From Octopus sinensis (taxonomy: Eukaryota): a stretch of DNA of 64,000 bases. The translations under genes and the position numbers were made by a program. Within the stretch, counting starts at the first letter, position 1. Each line of letters starts with the position of its first letter. The notes beneath the pieces were generated by a model that made no database searches, had not been told where the DNA came from, and saw only the letters and a program-made list of their open reading frames with translations. This document shows, piece after piece, positions 40,558 to 51,594 of the stretch. The stretch lies in NCBI RefSeq assembly GCF_006345805.1, contig NC_042999.1, positions 165,044,001 through 165,108,000 of the forward strand, read 5' to 3'.

Positions 40558-40821
40558 CTATGGTTGTAAACCGGGATCCATGTGACCCCTGGGGGACCAT
40601 GTAAGATTTTGTTGTTAAAATTTATGTGCAATATATATATATATATCTTAGCTATACTTCTACAGTTCACAAAATATTTAACTATTTTTAATACAATTTC
40701 TAATGATATTTAATTATAAAAATACAACAGATTTTTTAAAACACTGAATAGTTCTGGAGGTCCAGTAGAATTAAATAGGAAACAAAGGGATCCGCAGGTA
40801 AAAAATGGTAGAGACCCACTG
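40558..40821. mobile_element. Probable hAT-type MITE
   Basis: Left ctatggttgtaaaccgggatcc and right ggtagagacccactg resemble degenerate CAGTGGTTCTCAACC termini. Confidence 0.4.
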
Positions 40822-40826
40822 GGCTA

Positions 40827-40969
<143 letters not shown>

Positions 40970-40978
40970 GTGTATATT

Positions 40979-41174
40979 TATATTTAAAGGCTAAAAAACC
41001 ACTATGTGGTCAGCGATATGCAAGAAGTAGATCAACTACGATCAAACTACAAAGAAAAGAATGTTCTCTAGAGGAAAATTCAGCGGACACCAGAACAATA
41101 TACGGGCAAGACAGATGAAAATTATTTCTAGCATACGGCTGACCACATAGTGGTTTTTTAACCCTTTAAATATA
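40979..41174. repeat. Foldback element with ~48-bp inverted arms
   Basis: tatttaaaggctaaaaaaccactatgtggtcagcgatatgcaagaa (40979-41026) vs ttctagcatacggctgaccacatagtggttttttaaccctttaaatata (41126-41174). Confidence 0.8.
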
Positions 41175-41719
41175 CACATGCATTAGAATTTTCTCTGATT
41201 TTTCAGATTTTTGTATGCTAGGCTACTGGTTTTAAATTGATATTCATTAAATTAATATTCAATTTATCTCTCTCATTATTTAAATGTTTATATATATATA
41301 TATATGTGTGTGTATGTATGTATGTATGCATGTACGCACGTGTGCATGTATGTATGTATGTATGTACGTATGTATGTATGTATGTGTATGTATGTATGAA
41401 TGTATGTATGTATGTATGTATGTATGTGTATGTATGTATGTATGTGTGTATGTATGTAAGTATGTATGAATGTATGTATGTATGTATGTATGTATGTGTG
41501 TATGTGTGTATGTATGTATGTATGTATGTATGTATGTATGCATGCATGTATGTATGTATGCATGTATGTATGTATGCATGTATGCATGTATGCATGTATG
41601 CATGTATGCATGTATGTATGCGTGTATGTGTGTATGTATGTATGTATGTATGTATGTATGTATGTATGTATGTATGTTGTATGTATGTATGTATGTATGT
41701 ATGTATGTGTGTATGTATG

Positions 41720-42275
41720 TATATACGTGGGCACTTTCCGATACATTACAATTACAGGAAGCTCTTTAATAGGCATAACCTAAAAATGAGTTTTAGTTCT
41801 ACGACAAATTTAAAAAATATAATTCCACACAACACACAAAGTCAACAACATGAAGCCGGCTGTTCCTGTAGAGATAAAGACCCGCTAAATGGAACTGGCA
41901 TGACCGAGACCATCCTTTATGAAGCCAGCGTAGATTCTACGGACGCTAAGGATGCAGTTTCCCCAAAGAAATATGGGAAATTTTAAAGCTAGGTTCAATT
42001 ATCAAACCTTAAGCTTCAGACACTATGATAAAAGAAAAATGACCAAATTATCCAGTTATATATGGTCCTTAAAGAACAATGTGTCAGCTTTAAGATTCAC
42101 AGGAAGATCTTGGCCAAGTGTAAACCTTATACAAACGGCAGTGGAAAGTGCGGTCTTTGCGATATGGAAAGACGGCTCATGTGGAAAAGTTCTTTAGACC
42201 CCGCTACATGTCTAAATTCAGGAACTGACCTTTTTAGATCATGTCCATGTATGACAAAATACATGTTACGTTTTT
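41720..42275 (+). mobile_element. PLE 3' fragment (RT thumb end + GIY-YIG) of a third YRDD-type lineage
   Basis: HFPIHYNYRKLFNRHNLKMSFSSTTNLKNII.HN...CSCRDK.PLNG...ILYEASV...FKARF...TKLSSYIWSLK...KPY...CGLCDME...CLNS..DLF.SC. No Asn-rich inserts. Confidence 0.82.
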
Positions 42276-43350
42276 ACCCCCCCCCCACCTCCAAAGATCA
42301 GAGATAAAACCTGCTTTTTTATATTATGACCGCGCACAAGCAATTCATATGTCTTAACATTTCATATATTTTTATTGCTTTATATATATATATATTTGTA
42401 TAGTTTTTCATTTTTCCCTCTTTTTCAATTGTGTGACTATATACGCGTATAGTATTTGTATGTATAAGCATATATTAAATGTGTATGTGTGTGCATCTGT
42501 ATAGATGTGTACGAATGTATGTATATATACGTGTATAAGACTGTATCCATTGCATAAGAGTGAGTGTCATGCACACTTCTTCCTTTATACATATATGTAT
42601 GTATATACGCTTGTATATCTGAAGTTGTAGGTGTGTTGATAGATAGGAGGTGTATATCTATATACATGCACCTCTATACATATGTATATAGAAGTATATT
42701 CATGTTTGCGGTGTGTGTGAATATATACCTGTACGAGGGTACATATATGTATTATATGTTTTATCTTTGTGTTTGTACAAATGTCTATATATAAATGTAG
42801 GCATATATCAATGCGAGGATGATGTCTATGCATATATACATATGTGTAGGTGTATATTATATATGCATATGCCTGGGTATATATATATATATATATATAT
42901 TCATAAATGCAGCGTGTGTGAATATATGCCTGCTACGAGTGTGTATACACGTATATTGTGTACGTTTTTATGAGTTTATTCATTTATATAAGTTCTAAGA
43001 TAAATGTATCAATATATATATATTGTCTCGACCACGGTCGAACAATGATGATGATGAAGCATTTTCTATGTGTAGATGAAGTTGTATATACATATATACA
43101 TACCTATGTGTGTGTATTTTTATATTTTTATATATTTATATATATATTTTATACATGTATATGCATATACATGTATATGTATATGCGTATGTATGTGCGT
43201 TTAGAGATGTGTATATGAGCATAATAATGCGTTTATATTATATATGGACACATATATGTGTGTATGTATGTATGCATGTGTGGGTATGTGTATATGTATA
43301 TATGTGTATATATGTGTATATATATATATGTATGTATATATATATATATG

Positions 43351-43398
<48 letters not shown>

Positions 43399-43639
43399 GC
43401 AATTAAGGATAACTACTTAATAAGGAAAACTTAACAAGAAATTGTCAGGTAGATAGCGTGAAAACCTCATAAGAGAATAAATTTCGAAAATAATTATTTC
43501 TTATTGAACATATTAATTTATATATAGAGAGCATTATACATACATGCCACACGCTAAGAGGGACAATTAGTCATTTCTACCAAAAATATTACTAATCCCA
43601 CCGAATGCAATTTTTCAAAATAAGACATTTAAAAAATAT

Positions 43640-43687
43640 AGACCTGTATCACAGTGATTTCATACTTACGTATTCATCAGCAGGCCT
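43640..43687 (-). ncRNA. Type I hammerhead ribozyme in the inverted unit
   Basis: Reverse complement of aggcctg CTGATGA atac gtaa gtat GAAA tcactgtga TA caggtct; TCATCAG at 43674-43680. Confidence 0.9.
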
Positions 43688-46600
43688 GAATGTATCATAA
43701 ATAAACGACCCTGCCCCGCTTAAGCCGATCAGCTAACTGATCAACATCAACGAAGCACATGGGTGAGTTTACATATATTACATCCTGTAAATGGCATACT
43801 TTTACGAATTGCATTTCGGGAGAGGAAAAGTTTTTTCGGAATAATAATTTAGCAATTAAGGACAACTACTTAATAAGGAAAACTTAACAAGAAATTTCTC
43901 CCGAAATGCAATTCGTAAAAGTATGCCATTTACAGGATGTAATATATGTAAACTCACCCATGTGCTTCGTTGATGTTGATCAGTTAGCTGATCGGCTTAA
44001 GCGGGGCAGGGTCGTTTATTTATGATACATTCAGGCTGCTGATGAATACGTAAGTATGAAATCACTGTGATACAGGTCTATATTTTTTAAATGTCTTATT
44101 TTGAAAAATTGCATTCGGTGGGATTAGTATATTTTGGTAGAAATGACTAATGGTCCCTCTTAGCGTATGGCATGTATGTATAATGCTCTCTGGCATGTAT
44201 GTATAATGCCCTCTATATATAAATTAATATGTTCAATAAGAAATAATTATTTTCGAAATTTATTCTCTTATGAGGTTTTCACGCTATCTACCTGACAATT
44301 TCTTGTTAAGTTTTCCTTATTAAGTAGTTGTCCTAATTGCTAAATTTTTATTCCGAAAAAACTTTTCCTCTCCCGAAATGCAATTCGTAAAAGTATGCCA
44401 TTACAGGATGTAAATATGTAAACTCACCCATGTGCTTCGTTGATGTTGATCAGTTAGCTGATCGGCTTAAGCGGGGCAGGGTCGTTTATTTATGATACAT
44501 TCAGGCCTGCTGATGAATACGTAAGTATGAAATCACTGTGATACAGGTCTATATTTTTTAATGTCTTATTTTGAAAAATTGCATTCGGTGGGATTAGTAA
44601 TATTTTTGGTAGAAATGACTAATTGTCCCTCTTAGCGTGTGGCATGTATGTATAATGCTCTCTGGCATGTATGTATAATGCCCTCTATATATAAATTAAT
44701 ATGTTCAATAAGAAATAATTATTTTCGAAATTATTCTCTTATGAGGTTTTCACGCTATCTACCTGACAATTTCTTGTTAAGTTTTCCTTATTAAGTAGTT
44801 GTCCTTAATTGCTAAATTTTTATTCCGAAAAAAACTTTTCCTCTCCCGAAATGCAATTCGTAAAAGTATGCCATTTACAGGATGTAATATATGTAAACTC
44901 ACCCATGTGCTTCGTTGATGTTGATCAGTTAGCTGATCGGCTTAAGCGGGGCAGGGTCGTTTATTTGTGATACATTCAGGCCTGCTGATGAATACGTAAG
45001 TATGAAATCACTGTGATACAGGTCTATATTTTTTAAATGTCTTATTTTGAAAAATTGCATTCGGTGGGATTAGTAATATTTTTGGTAGAAATGACTAATG
45101 GTCCCTCTTAGCGTATGGCATGTATGTATAATGCTCTCTGGCATGTATGTATAATGCCCTCTATATATAAATTAATATGTTCAATAAGAAATAATTATTT
45201 TCGAAATTTATTCTCTTATGAGGTTTTCACGCTATCTACCTGACAATTTCTTGTTAAGTTTTCCTTATTAAGTAGTTGTCCTTAATTGCTAAATTTTTAT
45301 TCCGAAAAAACTTTTCCTCTCCCGAAATGCAATTCGTAAAAGTATGCCATTTACAGGATGTAATATATGTAAACTTACCCATGTGCTTCGTTGATGTTGA
45401 TCAGTTAGCTGATCGGCTTAAGCGGGGCAGGGTCGTTATTTATGATACATTCAGGCTGCTGATGAATACGTAAGTATGAAATCACTGTGATACAGGTCTA
45501 TATTTTTTAAATGTCTTATTTTGAAAAATTGCATTCGGTGGGATTAGTAATATTTTTGGTAGAAATGACTAATGGTCCCTCTTAGCGTATGGCATGTATG
45601 TATAATGCTCTCGGCATGTAGTATAATGCCCTCTATATAAAATTAAATATGTTCAATAAGAAATAATTATTTTCGAAATTTATTCTCTTATGGGTTTTCA
45701 CGCTATCTACCTGACAATTTCTTGTTAGTTTTCCTTATAAGTAGTTGTCCTTAATTGGCTAAATTTTTATTCCGAAAAAACTTTTCCTCTCCCCGAAATT
45801 CAATTCGTAAAAGTATGCCATTTACAGGATGTAATATATGTAAACTCACCCATGTGCTTCGTTGATGTTGATCAGTTAGCTGGATCGGCTTAAGCGGGGC
45901 AGGGTCGTTTATTTGTGATACATTCAGCCTGCTGATGAATACGTACGTAAGTGAAATCATGTGATACAGGTCTATATTTTTTAAATGTCTTATTTTGAAA
46001 AATTGCATTCGGTGGGATTAGTAATATTTTTGGTAGAAATGACTATTGTCCCCTTAGCTGTGTGCATGTATGTATATTGCTCTCTGGCATGTATGTATAT
46101 GCCCTCTATATATAAATTAATATGTTCAATAAGAAATAATTATTTTCGAAATTATTCTCTTATGAGGTTTTCACGCTATCTACTACCTGACAATTTCTTG
46201 TTAGTGTTTTCCTTATTAAGTAGTTGTCCTTAATGCTAATTGCTATTTTTATTCCGAAAAAAACTTTTCCTCTCCCGAAATGCAATTCGTAAAAGTATGC
46301 CATTTACAGGATTATAATGTAACTCACCCCCTGTGTTCGTTGATGTTGATCAGTTAGCTGATCGGCTTAAGCTGGGCAGGGTCGTTTATTTGTGATACAT
46401 TCAGGCCTGCTGATGAATACGTAGTAATTAAATCACTGTGATACAGGCTATATTTTTATAAATGTCTTATTTTGAAAAAATGTGGCATTCGGGGTGGGAT
46501 TAGTAATTTTTTGGTAGAAATGACTATTGTCCCTCTTGCGTGTGGCATGTATGTATATTGCTCTCTGGCATGTATGTATAATGCCCTCTATATATAAATT

Positions 46601-47353
46601 AATATGTTCAATAAGAATAATGTATTTTCGAATTTTATTCTCTATGAGTTTTCACGCTATCATGTAGTACCTGACAATTTCTTGTTAATTTTCCTTATGT
46701 AGTTGTCCTAATTGCTAAATTTTTATTCCGAAAAAACTTTTCCTCTCCCGAAATGCAATTCGTAAAAGTATGCCATTTACAGGATGTAATATATGTAAAC
46801 TCACCCATGTGCTTCGTTGATGTGATCAGTTAGCTGATCGGCTTAAGCGGGGCAGGGTCGTTTATTTGTGATACATTCAGGCCTGCTGATGAATACGTAA
46901 GTATGAAATCACTGTGATACAGGTCTATATTTTTTAAATGTCTTATTTTGAAAAATTGCATTCGGTGGGATTAGTAATATTTTTGGTAGAAATGACTAAT
47001 TGTCCCTCTTAGCGTGTGGCATGTATGTATATGCTCTCTGGCATGTATGTATAATGCCCTCTATATATAAATTAATATGTTCAATAAGAAATAATTATTT
47101 TCGAAATTTATTCTCTTATGAGGTTTTCACGCTATCTACCTGACAATTTCTTGTTAAGTTTTCCTTATTAAGTAGTTGTCCTTAATTGCTAAATTTTTAT
47201 TCCGAAAAAACTTTTCCTCTCCCGAAATGCAATTCGTAAAAGTATGCCATTTACAGGATGTAATATATGTAAACTCACCCATGTGCTTCGTTGATGTTGA
47301 TCAGTTAGCTGATCGGCTTAAGCGGGGCAGGGTCGTTTATTTATGATACATTC

Positions 47354-47401
47354 AGGCCTGCTGATGAATACGTAAGTATGAAATCACTGTGATACAGGTC
47401 T
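47354..47401 (+). ncRNA. Type I hammerhead ribozyme (representative array copy; other cores at 44039, 44510, 44985, 45459, 45932, 46410, 46886, 47836, 48308)
   Basis: Stem I aggcctg/caggtct (7 bp, one G-U); CTGATGA 47361-47367; stem II atac/gtat with GTAA (GNRA) loop; GAAA 47380-47383; stem III atca/tgat with ctg loop; AUA cleavage after 47394. Confidence 0.92.
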
Positions 47402-48489
47402 ATATTTTTTAAATGTCTTATTTTGAAAAATTGCATTCGGTGGGATTAGTAATATTTTTGGTAGAAATGACTAATTGTCCCTCTTAGCGTGTGGCATGTA
47501 TGTATATTGCTCTCTGGCATGTATGTATAATGCCCTCTATATATAAATTAATATGTTCAATAAGAAATAATTATTTTCGAAATTTATTCTCTTATGAGGT
47601 TTTCACGCTATCTACCTACAATTTCTTGTTAAGTTTTCCTTATTAAGTAGTTGTCCTTAATTGCTAAATTTTTATTCCGAAAAAACTTTTCCTCTCCCGA
47701 AATGCAATTCGTAAAAGTATGCCATTTACAGGATGTAATATATGCAAACTCACCCATGTGCTTCGTTGATGTTGATCAGTTAGCTGATCGGCTTAAGCGG
47801 GGCAGGGTCGTTTATTTATGATACATTCAGGCCTGCTGATGAATACGTAAGTATGAAATCACTGTGATACAGGTCTATATTTTTTAAATGTCTTATTTTG
47901 AAAAATTGCATTCGGTGGGATTAGTAATATTTTTGGTAGAAATGACTAATTGTCCCTCTTAGCGTGTGGCATGTATGTATATTGCTCTCTGGCATGTATG
48001 TATAATGCCCTCTATATATAAATTAATATGTTCAATAAGAAATAATTATTTTCGAAATTTATTCTCTTATGAGGTTTTCACGCTATCTACCTGACAATTT
48101 CTTGTTAAGTTTTCCTTATTAAGTAGTTGTCCTTAATTGCTAAATTTTTATTCCGAAAAAACTTTTCCTCTCCCGAAATGCAATTCGTAAAAGTATGCCA
48201 TTTACAGATGTAATATATGTAAACTCACCGTGCTTCGTTGATGTTGATCAGTTAGCTGATCGGCTTAAGCGGGGCAGGGTCGTTTATTTATGATACATTC
48301 AGGCCTGCTGATGAATACGTAAGTATGAAATCACTGTGATACAGGTCTATATTTTTTAAATGTCTTATTTTGAAAAATTGCATTCGGTGGGATTAGTAAT
48401 ATTTTTGGTAGAAATGACTAATTGTCCCTCTTAGCGTGTGGCATGTATGTATAATGCTCTCTGGCATGTATGTATAATGCCCTCTATAT

Positions 48490-48549
<60 letters not shown>

Positions 48550-48763
48550 CATATGCGTGTGAGTGTATGTGTGTAGGTGTATGTATACATATGTGTACGT
48601 AAGTAAATTTTATGAACGAAGATTTCTCTCTTGATGAGTATGTGGTTGTATTTTCATATTTTTTTAATATATATTTTATATTCTATAACGTTTACTTTTA
48701 TTTTCCATGCCTGTTAGAGTAACTTTCCTTTATTCAACGGTATTTTCATAGCGTTCTTGCCTT

Positions 48764-48825
48764 AATAACTGATGACAAATGCCAAGAAGCTTTCAGCTCC
48801 GGTATTTGAAACTCTGAGTATTATT
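48764..48825 (+). ncRNA. Type I hammerhead ribozyme, separate family, in a solo fragment between (TA)n tracts
   Basis: Stem I aataa/ttatt; CTGATGA 48769-48775; one extra C; stem II aaatgcc/ggtattt; GAAA 48808-48811; stem III act/agt around ctg; GUA cleavage after 48820. Confidence 0.82.
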
Positions 48826-48874
48826 GTGACAAGTTACTCATTGTCCTATGTTATATATATTTATATATATATAT

Positions 48875-51442
48875 GACATTATTAGTCTATAATCCCCTAC
48901 CACTTTAACTTCAACATGAATAACTTTTGACATTTATTTCACCCCTTCCTATATCTATAAAGAGAAAAACTATTTTGCTCCATTCAACCGAACATCCCTC
49001 CCTCATCACTAGCAGATCAAAATAACTAAAAGAAAATCTACAGTCAGAAGATAAATTCTAACACCTTAATGTTCTTACTAATCAAATCAACCTCTCTGTT
49101 TGTATATCTACCCTCTTTATAATGTTAGCAATTAACTTGGAAATAAGTATATGTATTGATGGAAAACCTCTATGAATTGGCTGAAGATTGCTCAACATTT
49201 TAAAACTGTTGTAATACTTACAATGTTTAATAAAATGATGTAGCGTGAAACGATCGTACCAAATTACCGAAGATATTCTTGTTGCTTACTTTGATTATAA
49301 TTACCCCATGGATTTATATGGATAACACCGTACAAAATTCTGGAGCATCTCACTTAAGTACCATATTCATTTGAATCTAAATTTTGCTGAACTTATAATT
49401 CCATACATTGTGTATGCTTTCTGGTACTTAACTTCTCAACAAGGCTAGAAAAGGTAAATATAGAGTTTCCCCCAGAGGGCATCCCCTTACATAGTAAGGA
49501 CGTATACATATGGCTATTGATCCATAGGACTAATGAGTTTATTCGAAGAATTAGATGGATTACTTACCACCATGATGCCAAATTGAAGAAGGATTCTGAG
49601 GAAACATACTTAAACAGTTACTATAAAAAGATTTTCAGAAGTAGAAAGAATCCACCTCCGAATCCACTGTTTGAAAACTTCGAAAAGGATTTACTTGATC
49701 TCATTGCCAATGTAAAATTCAAGGAACATCCACTAAGAAATAACCCACACTTAAGATATCTAAAAGATTTTATTAAATCTTTACAAAATAAACAAGGCAT
49801 CCTGGACCCAGCCGACAAAACTGGAAACCTTTATAGACTGGATTATGCAACATACAGTAAACTTATTAGAAAAGAACTGAACTTAAGATACAAATTAACT
49901 ACAAAGGGGATATTAATTTAGAAATGAAAAAAGTTATGATAATTATGATTTTGCCGATAAGACAGAACCTTTAACACAGTGTGAACCTAAAATTAATCTT
50001 AAGGACCATAAGAAAAAATTCTGTGAAAACCCTTCTGTAAGACTCATATGCCCAACTAAGTCAGATATTGGCCGACTTAGTAAATCTATATTGGACAATG
50101 TTCTACCCCATATAATCCCTAACCTTCCCTTGAGTCTATGGATTAACACAGATGAGGTAATTAATTAGTTTAAATCTTTAAATAATAATAATAGATTTTC
50201 TTTCATCCAATTTGATATTAATAATTACTATTCCAGCATATTCTCCTAAATAAACCACCCATTTTCGCAAAAAACATCTCTCTCATAACTAGAGAAGAAA
50301 TTGATATTATCTTATTAGCTAGAAAAAAATTCATTGAATTTGAAGGAAAATTGTGGACTAGGGCTGATACCGCAAGTATTTTCGATTTACCCATGTGCTC
50401 AAGTGATGCAGCGGAGATAACTAATTTAGTAGGAGCTTATTTATTAAAATGTATAAATAGGGAAATCCCCGAACTGCAAGGGGGTTTATATAGAGATGAT
50501 GCTTTATTTATCGTCCCTAGTAATAATAAATCGGTAATTGAGAGAGTAAGGAAGAAAATTAGTAGATTTTTCAAGAATTTCAACTTAGGCATCACTTATT
50601 AATATAACACCAAGATAGTTAACTTTCTAGATGTTACCTTAGACTTAAATTCAAATTTATATTACCCATTTAGAAAGGAGGGTGAAGTTACTAGATACGT
50701 AAATAAATTATCGAATCACCCCCACCCCTAATATACTGAAATCATTAGTGAAAAGTATTTCTAGGAGAATTTCAAAATTATCATCGAACAATGATTATCA
50801 TCGAACATCATTATAATGTTGCATTATCTAGAGCTGGATACAACCAGGAAATCACCTTCCTGGATCTTGATAACATAAATCTTTCAAACGATAAAACGAA
50901 TGAAAATAGCTCAAGTAATATAGAATCTTATACTTTAAAAATATGTAAATCATTTGAAGCAAGTAACCTAGTATATAAACTTAATACAATGAATGGAAAT
51001 AGTAAACAGATCGCAAATACATATGAAAATGTTAAACCAGATGAAATAAATATAAATAATATAAAAATCTCTCCCACAAAGAAAAACCTAATAAACATAA
51101 ATATAAGACTATAGTGAATAACAAATCTCGAAAGAATATAGATAACATTAATCTTTCCCACCCTTACTCAAATAAAAAATTCAAAAGAAAAAATGTTATA
51201 TGGTTAAATATCCCCTTCAACTGAACGATCTCTACGAATATATACGGCAGATTTATGTTTATACCAGAAAAAAGATTTCCCTGCTTCCCATAAATATTAT
51301 AAAATAATTTCTAATAAATCAGTAAGAATATCATACTCTACTCTTCCAAATTTGGGTACCATAATAGCTAGATTTAATAGTAAAAATATCAAGTTAGCTA
51401 GAAATGGAATAAATAGTAGCAACAATAATACTGATAATAATA

Positions 51443-51484
<42 letters not shown>

Positions 51485-51503
51485 TAATAAAAATAATAAT
51501 AAC

Positions 51504-51594
<91 letters not shown>

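Larger units (their letters stand above)
43395..48496 (+). repeat. Hammerhead-bearing tandem array (retrozyme-like): one inverted 453-bp unit plus overhang (43395-43897), then ~9.7 direct ~475-bp units
   Basis: Unit starts (ctcccgaaat) at 43898, 44370, 44843, 45319, ~45789, 46272, 46745, 47219, 47694, 48170; each unit carries one type I HHR; (TA)n at both ends. Confidence 0.95.

Noticed and set aside
45300-46750. Variant array units with broken HHR cores (e.g. 45932, 46410)
   Set aside because: The differences are mostly homopolymer and small indels clustered mid-array, typical of unpolished long-read error, so they are not treated as biological variants.
47306-47316. Pol III A-box-like TAGCTGATCGG in the monomer
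   Set aside because: No convincing B-box at a suitable distance; too short to support.
43898-48496. The tandem array as a CRISPR array or simple centromeric satellite
   Set aside because: There are no unique spacers and the context is eukaryotic; the embedded ribozyme, 5' inversion and (TA)n ends fit a retrozyme better.
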